A stretch of 32,962 nt of DNA, taken from the NCBI GenBank assembly GCA_900128585.1, contig LT642210.1:1-32962 (forward strand), written 5' to 3'. Below, one piece after another: positions 10,215 through 20,041 of the stretch (position 1 is its first letter; every line of letters starts with the position of its first letter). The notes beneath the pieces are model-generated. The model was not told where the DNA came from. It saw only the letters and a list, made by a program, of their open reading frames with translations, and searched no databases. The stretch is from Stramenopiles sp. TOSAG23-3. Taxonomy: Eukaryota. Both the position numbers and the translations under genes were made by a program.

Positions 10215-10843
10215 TCGTGCGACACCGGCGTAGGCTCACTCGTCTGAATGGTCAAGGAGCGAATTTATACGAAGTAAACCTTTGGCTCATGACTAAAGAA
10301 CACCAGTCTCTTGCTTAAACGATCCTTCTCCTCGTCCACCTGTCCCTGTCTATCGACTTCAGAAGACAAGCTAAAAGAACAAATCGGGGGGCAGGGGGCA
10401 TTATATTAAAGCTTATACATATTATGTTGTATTTTTTGTATAATTTGTTTTTTTAAAAAATATTATGTAATTCTTATACACTTTTCACAAAACCAAATAC
10501 GAAGTACCCTTCGTAGTTTTTAATTTGGGTGTACATTTTACGAAAATCATTTCGTATCATATGATATGTATGATATCTTAAGATACTGAAAATTTAACTT
10601 AAAATATGTTCTCCTTCACCCTTATCAATCTTTCTCTCCCACTGTGGTGTGAGGAGCGCTCTTTGATTTCATTTCTGGCATTATTTGATTTTTTTGGTTC
10701 AATTTCCTTTACTGGACAAAACAAATTATGTTGCAAGGAAGGATGAATTGGAAATTTCAAGAGGTAGCAATACAACTTTCGATAATATCTCGTAAATAAC
10801 AGCCATAATTTGATTTTTTTGTTGCGTCGTGTAGTGGGTAATA

Positions 10844-11935
10844 TTATGCTAAACTATTGCCCAAGCTTTTCGCATAAAATTGTCCATCCCGTACAACAGT
10901 CATTTTACAATCTTCGAGTGTTCTTTTATCCAGTGGTGCCCCTGCTGGCTGCTGACTGCTGCTGGGTACGCTACTGCCGGGTTGAGCGCCGTGTTGTTCC
11001 ACACGTATATTTACAGTGTTGTTGCCGGGCTGAGGACCGTTTTTGGGTGCAATGCCGAGGGCCTTAATCTTGTAATCGCGCGCTTCTACGTCCATTTCTT
11101 CAATGTTGTAGATCCGCCCGTCCATCAAGTGGAAACTTCTGTGCGCAAAATACTTCAAATTTGGATCGTGTGTGACCATGACCATGGTTACATTTTCTTG
11201 CATGTTCAGCTCCATCAAGAGCTTCATCACGTTTTCTGTATTTTTGCTATCCAAATCTCCTGTAGGCTCATCCAAGAGCAAGATCGAGGGCGAATTGACG
11301 AGGGCCCTGGCGATGGTTACTCGCTGCTGCTCACCCCCGGACAACTGTGATGGGTAGTGGTCCGCTCGGTTAGCTATCCCAACCCTTTCAAGCAACGACA
11401 TCGCGCGGGCATAGGCAGCTGGAACGTGCTTCCCATTCTTCAAAATAGTAGGAAGCAACACGTTCTCTATGGCGGTCATCGAGGGGATCAGGTTGAACGT
11501 TTGGAAAACAAACCCCAACCGCTGCAAGCGTAAGTTTGCCAGCAGTTTGTCTTCCATTTGACTACGAATTTTTAGCCCGCATATTTCTAACTCCCCTCGG
11601 GTTGGCTGGTCGATCGTACCTATCAAGTTAAGCAGCGTCGTTTTTCCTGACCCTGACTTCCCCAACAGCATAACGAACTCCCCGTACTTTATGTCAGCGT
11701 TTACACCCCGAAGCGCAGGCACTCCTTCAATGCCCAACAAATAAGTTTTGTGAAGGTTGCGTATTCTTACGCAAACCTCTTGAGTATTCTGTGCCACTTG
11801 CTGCCGCTCGGGTTCAACTTTTGGAGAGCCTTGTTGCCCACCCGCTTGTGCCGTAGCCTGGAATATTGCCATGTTACCTTCTGGCTGAACCTGGACACGG
11901 TTCAGTTCTGTTGGTATAACTGTCCGCGTGGCCAT
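10844..11935 (-). CDS. Stand-alone ABC ATP-binding protein, LolD/MacB/FtsE-like (ABCH-type of protists), 363 aa
   Basis: Walker A GKSGSGKT, Q-loop GFVFQTFNLI, signature LSGGEQQRV, Walker B ILLLDEPTGDLD and H-loop VTHD; no transmembrane segment. Confidence 0.92.
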   Translation of the reverse strand: MATRTVIPTELNRVQVQPEGNMAIFQATAQAGGQQGSPKVEPERQQVAQNTQEVCVRIRNLHKTYLLGIEGVPALRGVNADIKYGEFVMLLGKSGSGKTTLLNLIGTIDQPTRGELEICGLKIRSQMEDKLLANLRLQRLGFVFQTFNLIPSMTAIENVLLPTILKNGKHVPAAYARAMSLLERVGIANRADHYPSQLSGGEQQRVTIARALVNSPSILLLDEPTGDLDSKNTENVMKLLMELNMQENVTMVMVTHDPNLKYFAHRSFHLMDGRIYNIEEMDVEARDYKIKALGIAPKNGPQPGNNTVNIRVEQHGAQPGSSVPSSSQQPAGAPLDKRTLEDCKMTVVRDGQFYAKSLGNSLA

Positions 11936-12619
11936 ATTGCTTTCTGTCCCACCCTAGAGAAAACGATAAACACTAATAACGCGTGAGCACAAACCAACAG
12001 TGCCGAACGGATACCTTGCTTGAATAAACAACAGCAAAATCAATGATGCTATTGGTTTGAAATAGTCTACTTTCAAGCATGTTTTCTCTCTGATCGTTTT
12101 CTACTTTGCTTTTAGTTTGTATCAAGAGCGAGTGAGTGAATGATCACATGTTCAAAAGTAGTACGGTAAAAGGAACCACCAAAGAATAAAAATAATAATA
12201 ATTCAACACCTCCACCACCACCACCACCAACAAAACAAGAATGTTCATTCAAAGAATTTACATCAGATACAATATTACACTACAATTAGTGGTAGTTGTT
12301 ATATAGGAAAATATTCATTATCTATCTCAACACTCTCCTTATCGTATTTTTGGTACGAGAGTAGCTATACATAGCATTATAAATATAAAAATATAATTAA
12401 TACATAATATATTATATAGAAAATTAAAGAACGCTTTTCTTTTGCTGTGGTCTTGTTGTTGTGTTTACAAAAAACGTGATGATGATTTGTTTTTAAAAAA
12501 AAGATATTTGCATTTTGTTCTTCGATTACGTACTTCAAAGCATTCTCCTTTCAACCAGATGATCAAAACAAATTAAAAGACTGATTCAAAACCAACCCAA
12601 AACAACTTCATGGACTTGC

Positions 12620-13385
12620 TTACAGTTCCGAATGGGCGTGCTGAGAATCGTATACGGCTTGCCTCTCTCTGTAAAAAGCCGCCCATCGTTTGTCGAGCTC
12701 TTCGGCGATTAGATGTTTTTGATAGGCGGGGGTCGCCGCTTTGGACTCCAGTTGAGACAAAGCGTCTGTGTCCATGCCCGCAACTTTGGCCCGTTCGGCT
12801 GCAACACTTACACTCTCTGCGGATACCTGTGACTTCGTTGCATCCGAAAGGGCATCCTCCAGCAGGCCTTTCTCTTCCAGCTCCAAAAACTTCAGGTTTC
12901 GCTTTCGCCTGTGTTCCTCAACCATATTGATCCAAAACTGCTCGATTGAAGCCTCCGTCATCTCGGGGAAATCGTCAATTGCAAAGCTCAAAACCCCATC
13001 TTCGTTACTACGCAGCACGATAATGCCAAACGATTCCGATGATTTCCCACTCTTGAAATGGTCACTAGAAAGTTCCAACGTCAAAAATATGTTGAAGTGA
13101 TAGACTCCCTCCTCCGCTTCGGCCTTCACAATTTTGTTCAACTTCAGAGACTCGTACACACCGGAATCCGAGAGCTTTCTGAGCTCGGTCACGGCAAACT
13201 GGATTTAGGGTTAGTATATGCTTTCGGGGAAATAAAGACGGTACATTGTTACTTACTTGGGCTGCGCTAACACTTTCTTGGCTGTTTACATCGATTGTAG
13301 CACGCTCGGCATGCGCCACGAAGGCCACGCTGGAAGCCAACAGTACTGCTACTGCAGAGAAACTAAAGAACGCTTTTTTATTCAT
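12620..13385 (-). CDS. Two-exon secreted protein, cystatin-like N-terminal domain plus helical C-terminus; exons 13385-13257 and 13198-12620, about 235 aa
   Basis: Signal peptide MNKKAFFSFSAVAVLLASSVAFVAHA. A phase-0 intron joins two ORF-track fragments into ...SVSAAQ|FAVTELRKLS..., which resembles the cystatin helix (AA.FAV.E) followed by beta strands. The cystatin assignment is an inference. Confidence 0.75.
13199..13256 (-). other. 58-nt spliceosomal intron
   Basis: GTAAGT donor at 13256, TACTAAC branch point at 13216-13210 and CAG acceptor ending at 13199; removal restores the reading frame. Confidence 0.88.
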
Positions 13386-13820
13386 TCTTTCTCTTGTACC
13401 TAATTGAATTGTTCTTGCAAGAGAGGCACGGTTTTCCTTAATGGCATTGTTTGTGTGTGTATGAAGTATTTCAACCCTCTCTTCTATCTCCTTTATTCCT
13501 CTTTAGAAATACTTCCTAAATGAAAAAATGGAAGAAGAAGAAAAAACAACGGCCGCGGCGAAGGAGGACGAGGGTGGTTATAATAAATACCAAGGTGTAC
13601 CAAGTAGGAGGATGGACGGAGGAGGGAGTATTATATTTTTTAGATATTATTATTGGTGGATGTAATACCATACCCGTAATACAAGGCAGCAGCATGAAAA
13701 TAAAAATCATCATCATCAAAAAGATGAAACAAACAAACAACAACATTTTATTGTACATTTTGACCAAAGAAGAAGTATTAAGTATTGAATTTACACCCTA
13801 CTACACTCCCTGTTCACTTC

Positions 13821-14999
13821 TTATGTATACAATCCACCACCAATCCGATCGATGTCTGAAATCATTTCGGCCAATGCTAAACTACTGGTCAATCCAGGCG
13901 ATTCAATGCCATACAAATGTACATGACCTTTCACCCCATGGTCCTCTATCGCACTGATACGAAAGTCTTCGGCAGCCATGCCAGGCCCAGAGATTTTTGG
14001 GCGGATGCCAGAATAATCTGCCACCAGCGAGTTGTCTTTGAGGTTGGGGTAATACCGTCGAATTTCGGCATAAAACGATTCAGCCCGTGTTTCGTCGACA
14101 TTATAATCCTTCTCGAAATCGAAATCTTCTAACCATTCCACATCCGGGCCAAACTTGGTCCGTCCCATCATATCGATCGTTGCGTGAACGCCCAGCCCGG
14201 CCGTATTCTTGAGCGGCACGGGATAAATAAGCCTTTTGAACGGCGATTGGCCTTGCAAGCTAAAGTAGTTCCCCTTGGCGAAATAAGGGCTGGGGACTGC
14301 AGCCGCAGGAAAGTTGACCAAACTGTTTGCTAAATCTGGGGCGTAGAGCCCCGCAGTATTTATCAAATTTTTGCAGTAAATGGATTCGACGGAGGGCTCC
14401 CCTCCATCGGGATCGTCCTGTTTAAAAATCAACTTTGTAAGCCCCGCATCGTCCCCCTCCAGTACTTCCCCGCCTTCGACCGTGCAATTGTATACCAAAA
14501 ATGTTCCGTTGTCTTCCGCCTCGCCCTGCAGGGCCTGCATGAAACTGTGGCTATCAATTATGCCCGTCGAAGGCGACAGTATCGCGCCTAAACACTGGCA
14601 CTCCGGCTCCAAAGCTTTCGCATCATCGTTGGAAATTATCCTTAAATCGTCTACACCGTTTCCTTTCCCTTTCTCAATGATGCCGTCCAGCATCCGTAGC
14701 TCCTCGGAACTGTTGGCGACGATAAGTTTCCCACAATTGTTGAACGGCACGTTATAGTTTTTTGCAAAATCGTACATCAACTGACGGCCCTTTACGCAAG
14801 CCTCCGCCTTCAAACTGCCTTTTGCGTAGTATATTCCCGCGTGAATAACCTCACTATTCCTACTGCTCGTACCAACCCCGATCATTGGACCAGCCTCCAA
14901 AACGATCACTTCGTGGCCCCGGAGCGCCAACGCCCGAGCCACTGCCAGGCCCACCACGCCAGCCCCCACCACCACTGTTTGCACAACATTGGACGCCAT
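13821..14999 (-). CDS. L2HGDH: L-2-hydroxyglutarate dehydrogenase (FAD-dependent oxidoreductase, DAO family), 392 aa from ATG 14999
   Basis: Rossmann motif VVVGAGVVG, TSSRNSEVIHAGIYY, AKGNYF, LGVHATID..G..KFGPD and GIESPGLTSSLALA. The upstream ORF extension begins at TTG. Confidence 0.9.
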   Translation of the reverse strand: MASNVVQTVVVGAGVVGLAVARALALRGHEVIVLEAGPMIGVGTSSRNSEVIHAGIYYAKGSLKAEACVKGRQLMYDFAKNYNVPFNNCGKLIVANSSEELRMLDGIIEKGKGNGVDDLRIISNDDAKALEPECQCLGAILSPSTGIIDSHSFMQALQGEAEDNGTFLVYNCTVEGGEVLEGDDAGLTKLIFKQDDPDGGEPSVESIYCKNLINTAGLYAPDLANSLVNFPAAAVPSPYFAKGNYFSLQGQSPFKRLIYPVPLKNTAGLGVHATIDMMGRTKFGPDVEWLEDFDFEKDYNVDETRAESFYAEIRRYYPNLKDNSLVADYSGIRPKISGPGMAAEDFRISAIEDHGVKGHVHLYGIESPGLTSSLALAEMISDIDRIGGGLYT

Positions 15000-15219
15000 C
15001 GAATTACTATAGCCAACGCAAACAAATCGCCTATCGAATCGTCTGAAACCTTCTTCTGTAAATCTCGAGCTTTGTTCACCCGACCGTACCAATAAATATA
15101 TAACAAAAACTTTGCTTGATAAACGCTACTCTATAATTGTGATAAAAGAGGAAAATTTATCTTGGTACTTGGTACCCTACCACCAACCAACAACTACTAC
15201 TGCACGAATTGGTACCAGT

Positions 15220-15242
15220 TACGGTACCTGTACCGTACCGTA
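15220..15242. promoter_or_regulatory. Cluster of TACGGTA/TACCGTA candidate promoter motifs upstream of L2HGDH
   Basis: Three copies within 23 bp; the same heptamer lies upstream of several other genes. Confidence 0.45.
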
Positions 15243-15451
15243 ACTTCATAATAGCATTATCATACCAAACCGTACAATATAAAACCATGGTATTCTATTT
15301 ATTACCAAAAAAGTGATCCAGATCCAGGGCTTGGACCGTTTGTTCTCCTGTGCTCATAATTTAATAGTCGTTCTACTTACTTATTAGTTAGTCTAGTCTA
15401 GTATAAGGGTTTGTTTATTATGAATCTGAGAATATAAGATCTTTCTCTCCT

Positions 15452-15479
15452 CTCTCAGCTCTCAGCTCTCAGCTCTCAG
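15452..15479 (+). repeat. (CTCTCAG)4 tandem repeat
   Basis: Read directly from the sequence. Confidence 0.9.
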
Positions 15480-16125
15480 ATCTTCGAGACGTTTGAGATA
15501 TGTTACAATCAAATGGATGTTATACCTATGTATTCTCTATTGATTTATTAGTGGGACTTTTCTTCGCTAAAATATTATTAGAATCAATGCTCTGTATATA
15601 TAACATGAGAATAGGTGATATAACTGTAATTCAATTTTCAATAATACAGGTAAACAGCATCGATTTCACCGTTTTTTTCAACAGGAACTTTTTTTTTAAT
15701 CGTCGTTTCCATAGTATTTAGATGTTAAATAGAATTACTCCCAATTGATTGTTGCATTCTTTCTCTTCATCGGTCGTTTTTATTTTCAGAGGAGGTGGTT
15801 AATAATAACATCAAATAGCATGGATTTAACAAATGTAAAAAAAAAAATATTATTTTTTCTCATACATCAATGTTTTTTTGCGTCATTCTCTTTCATTTTG
15901 GTTATCTTTGTACAATCTTATCGTGAAAAGTTTCTTGTTTCATTTGCAAGCGTGGAATTTAACGCTCGAGAAATTTATTATATATAGAAGATCAAGTATT
16001 CATCGAGTCAATCTGTTATAGCAAATTTAATTAGCCTTCCCCCGTGGTCCCACGAACGTTTACGCTTGCCAAAAAGGTAGAAACAGAAAGATATTACCCG
16101 TGAGTTAAGATCGAGATAGTAAAAT

Positions 16126-17202
16126 ATGGCTGTGTTGAAAGGAAAAAAATCAAAGAAAGCAAAAAAGAGCAAAAAGGTCTCCGTGGCAAAAAAGAAGGAG
16201 AAGAAAGTTAAAAAGAAAACAAAAAAGAGCAAGGTGGCAGACAAGAAGAAAAAGAAGAAGAAGAAGAAGGGCAGCGACGAGGAAAGAGAGTATAAATGTC
16301 CTCATTGCCCAGAAGACCCCCCGTACGCGGGCGCAAGTGGGCTTTGGTACCACATGAAACGACACCACGGCGCAGTCACAAGGCCCTATAATTCGAAAAA
16401 AAAGCGAGAGAAACCTACAGATGTGTGTCCTGCGCGTGGGACGAAAGAGTCCAGCAAAGCGCCCAAGGCAACCCCTGCAAAAAAGAAAGGGTCCAAATCT
16501 TCCATCAACGTAGGAAAGATGGCAGGTGTGCTCAAAGCAAACGACCGCGTCAAAGAGGTATTGGGTAAAGCCGCATCGATCGACCCAATGCTGTTTTTGA
16601 GCGAAATCGCTGTGCTCCAAGACCGAGCTATGAGTGGAATTATGAACGGGATGACTGTCGTCGAAGCAGTTAAGAACGAGTCAATAACACTTAAGACGCC
16701 CTCGCCGATAAAACCCTCCTTTTTTTCTGGAAGCACGCGTAGCTTGCTGTTGCAATCTGCGGGCGGCGCCGCGGCCGTGGAAGATCTTTTGCTCTGCAGG
16801 GAAGATTTGGCCACTCATTTGAGGAGCCCCGAATCAAAGATTGGGGTTGTTGGAGTCAAGCGAAGCTTGCAGGTCTTAGGAGGACAAGACGAAGAAGAGA
16901 AAGAGAGTCCGAACGGAGGTAAGTATGGCAAGGCCAAGAGACGAAAGACCACATCGAAGAGTTCACCGCTCCAAGGTGTAATTAAACTGGCCTCGGGGGA
17001 GTTCGAGGCGTTCACTTCGGGTGCCGACGGTAAACACGTGTTCTTAGGGAGCTTTCCAACAGAGACGGAGGCGTTGCTTGCCTCGAAGGCGGCATCGTTG
17101 GGAAGTAGACTCAAAAAAATACAGCAGAATAGTCCAGAACGGTCGAACTACTACATGCCTAGTTCCAGGTTGATGCAGCGCTCGCCAGTAGCCGCTCATT
17201 GA
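16126..17202 (+). CDS. Putative nuclear DNA-binding protein: Lys-rich N-terminus, one C2H2 finger and a C-terminal AP2-like domain, 358 aa
   Basis: Poly-Lys N-terminus; YKCPHC...YAGASGLWYHMKRHH (16297-16368); SPLQGV...GKHVFLGSFPTETEALLASKAA (16960-17094) resembles AP2 GV...WLGTF.T.EEAARAYD.AA. Confidence 0.75.
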   Translation: MAVLKGKKSKKAKKSKKVSVAKKKEKKVKKKTKKSKVADKKKKKKKKKGSDEEREYKCPHCPEDPPYAGASGLWYHMKRHHGAVTRPYNSKKKREKPTDVCPARGTKESSKAPKATPAKKKGSKSSINVGKMAGVLKANDRVKEVLGKAASIDPMLFLSEIAVLQDRAMSGIMNGMTVVEAVKNESITLKTPSPIKPSFFSGSTRSLLLQSAGGAAAVEDLLLCREDLATHLRSPESKIGVVGVKRSLQVLGGQDEEEKESPNGGKYGKAKRRKTTSKSSPLQGVIKLASGEFEAFTSGADGKHVFLGSFPTETEALLASKAASLGSRLKKIQQNSPERSNYYMPSSRLMQRSPVAAH

Positions 17203-17432
17203 ACTGTGGTTAGTATCCATGTAGCATTAGAGTCATTCCAAAGAACGAAACAGTCGAAAGGGCTTATGTTTGAAACATTTTAAGCCGAGGTTCCACAGCC
17301 TTGTTCTTTTTATGGGCTTTTGGCGTTTTTTAAAGATAGAGAATTGTTTTTAAAAGGACGGAGGCAAAGTATTTTTTCCATTTGCGATAACACATATTAA
17401 GTAAAATACATATCTATATTGGATTAGGGTTT

Positions 17433-18046
17433 GAGGAAGCTAAATTTAATTACTTAAATAACAGCCAATTTTCTTGTGTTTTATCTATATTAAATTTGTT
17501 TTTTGATATGAACTTTGGTAATAAAGAAGGGAGATTGATTCTCCAAAAGTGACTCTGATGGGTTCGGTGAAGAAGTGATTTACTCGCAAGAGTCTCCAAA
17601 GAGGGATGAAATTTTTAGGGACCTTTGACTGGGAGAAGAATCAATTTGTTGATTTCAGATCGCCTGTATAATAAAAAAACATTATACTGAGAGTCTTAAA
17701 GCATATGATATATGATACTCTATATAATTTGTTTTTTACTTGGTAAAAGTTCATTATAATTGCATGGAGTACATCTGAGAATGATAGTCAAGACTATAAG
17801 TGACCAGGGTATATCGATTAGTAAGACCAAAAGAGCAAAGATAAGTTCGCAGTTCATGAAGGAATGCAAACCTAGAATGTCTAAATCTTTCTTGTTTTAA
17901 TTTAAATAAATTGTATCATATATGGAGGAAGCTAAATTTTTATTATCATATGATATGATACCTAAATAAAAACAAGAAAATTGGCTGTTGTTATTATTTA
18001 AGTAATTAAATTTAGCTTCCTCCTCTAAATAATAACAGCCAATTTT
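17433..18046. repeat. Dispersed repeat cluster 2: about 590-bp segment bounded by long inverted repeats (17433-17476 and 17973-18022) with nested copies; MITE-like
   Basis: The arms are exact reverse complements except for a 6-nt indel. Extra partial copies lie at 17924-17939 and 18026-18046. Confidence 0.8.
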
Positions 18047-18339
18047 AAAAAAAAGTAAATTGGAAGAATATAACACTCCGACAACCAACGAAAAGAAGGA
18101 GGAAAAACGATTCATAATTGATAATAAAGTGAGAGTCTTAAAGCATACTATATATTTTTTAATACTGTAACTCAGCAAATACTTTAGGGTAAATTTATCT
18201 TATCAAAATGTGGCTGATTGGACTATTGAGAATTTCTGCGTTCTGCGTACGAGACGCCAAAGCCTTCCTGAACCTCTCAGTCGACAAGGCGGAAAGGGTC
18301 CTGCACACGAACTGCCTATTTTACTCCCAGGGGAGCACT

Positions 18340-19095
18340 CTATTTTGTTGAATGTTGGTCGGAACATTCATGGCGAACGTTGGCTACAATTTCTGATGCC
18401 GAAGGGCCAAACTTGCGTACCATTCTTATTATCATTTCAGCCAGCGAATTGGAGTCTGTAGACTCCACTAAACTTTGGCGCAGGTGATCGATGAAAAGTG
18501 TGTTGTATGTGTGAGCCATACACCCAGATTTTGCGCGCTGCTCTCCAGAAGAAAACACGGGCTTTGGTTGAGAAAATGATGACGGCATTCGACCCGAATT
18601 GGCCGTTTTTGACGTTGGGGAAGCCATTAACGAACTCAATTCGGGGCTAAGTTCACGGCAAAGTTTTTCTGGACCGATCCCTCTTTGAGCGGCCGGTGCG
18701 GGTGTCATCTGATCCGGGTACTTCTTGATGATGCTTTTCAAGCTTTGCTCTAAAGCAGTCACTCTATAGAACTGCCCTGGCCAACCGGGTATGTGGTACG
18801 GTTCAGAACTTTTCGTCAATATGTACGTTTCTAATGATGCGGCCGTGTTTTCATTTGAATTGTGTTTGTAAAGTTTAAACAAATTTCGGCAGTTTTGCAG
18901 CAAAAACATTTTGAAACCTCCACATCCCCGAACGTAATTCTTCCAATGCTTCGCCTCTTCCTTGGAAAAGAGAGCGCCTCCAATCCTCGACAACATACCG
19001 ACCTTGCCCTTTTGCTTCTTGATATATGACAATAACGCATACTGTATTTGTTTTTCCATTCCATGCTGCTGCATTTTTGTTTTATGTTCAGGCAT
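18340..19095 (-). CDS. Hypothetical protein, 251 aa, possible N-terminal winged-helix (OST-HTH/LOTUS/Egalitarian-like); 3' end uncertain
   Basis: ATG-initiated ORF with coding-like GC between AT-rich flanks; contains the motif GGFKMFLLQNCRNLFKL. Confidence 0.6.
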   Translation of the reverse strand: MPEHKTKMQQHGMEKQIQYALLSYIKKQKGKVGMLSRIGGALFSKEEAKHWKNYVRGCGGFKMFLLQNCRNLFKLYKHNSNENTAASLETYILTKSSEPYHIPGWPGQFYRVTALEQSLKSIIKKYPDQMTPAPAAQRGIGPEKLCRELSPELSSLMASPTSKTANSGRMPSSFSQPKPVFSSGEQRAKSGCMAHTYNTLFIDHLRQSLVESTDSNSLAEMIIRMVRKFGPSASEIVANVRHECSDQHSTK

Positions 19096-19488
19096 TCTTA
19101 TTATCTAATGTGCGCCCACGGAATTATGTGGAAAAATGCAAACGACAACTCAGCGTAAGCAACTAACTAAGGGATCAGGGAAAATCTTATTGATGTCGGT
19201 CTGTTCTAGGCTGATGCGGTGGCGGCGTTGTGTTGTAAAGTTGGCGGCTAATTGTGTCAATAATTTTCAGTGCTAGGATTTTGTTCAATGTAAAAAAGGT
19301 CGACGTTCCAATTTGTTCTATCTTCTTTTAAACTTTGTTCTTTTATATCCAATTTCTATTTCATTTTCTTTTGTTTTGGTACGTACGAATCACACTGAAT
19401 AATTAGAATGATGATGATGTTATTATTATTATTATTTGTATTTTTTTATTATTATTAATTAGTCATGATTTTTGTTCTTCTTTCGTTT

Positions 19489-19556
19489 TATTCCCTTTCG
19501 CCTTTCTTTCTCTCTCTTCTTCTTCTTCTTCTTCTTCTTCTCTTCTGTTCTTTTTT
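19489..19556 (+). repeat. (CTT)n polypyrimidine microsatellite
   Basis: Read directly from the sequence. Confidence 0.85.
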
Positions 19557-20041
19557 TATAATTAATTATTATTTTAATATCTTTCTTCTTCTATTTAATT
19601 CTATTCTATGTTATTAGAGTAAATACTATGCTAAGATGTGACAATAAATATTATTATTATTTCCACCACTTTCACAAATTTATTATTAAATCAATTAATT
19701 AATTGTTCGATATTTTGTTATTGTTGTTTCTTTCTTTCTTTTTTTCTTCTTCTTCTTGCTTCTTCTTGTTGTTGTTGTTTTGTTGTACTTAAATAATATA
19801 ATAATAATGAAATATAAATATTTATTTAATTATATTATCATCAAAAAAACAAAACAAAACAAAGAAGTTCACTCATCATTTTAAATAAAAACTACAAATG
19901 AAATTATATATGTAAAACTTGTCATAAAATTTCAGAAAACTTATTCCAGGAATACTTCATATCGAATGCACCCGCGTGGATCTCAAACCCCGTCATAGAT
20001 AGGAATTTGACAACCGTCTAACAAAGCAAATTCTCTACACC

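Noticed and set aside
13204-13214. Telomere-like TTTAGGGTTAG (similar single units near 17424, 18183 and 22393)
   Set aside because: Only one or two units at each site. The first is simply the reverse complement of the intron branch point region.
13516-13957. ORFs in the spacer between the cystatin-like gene and L2HGDH
   Set aside because: Low-complexity AT-rich sequence overlapping the L2HGDH 3' end, with no coding signature.
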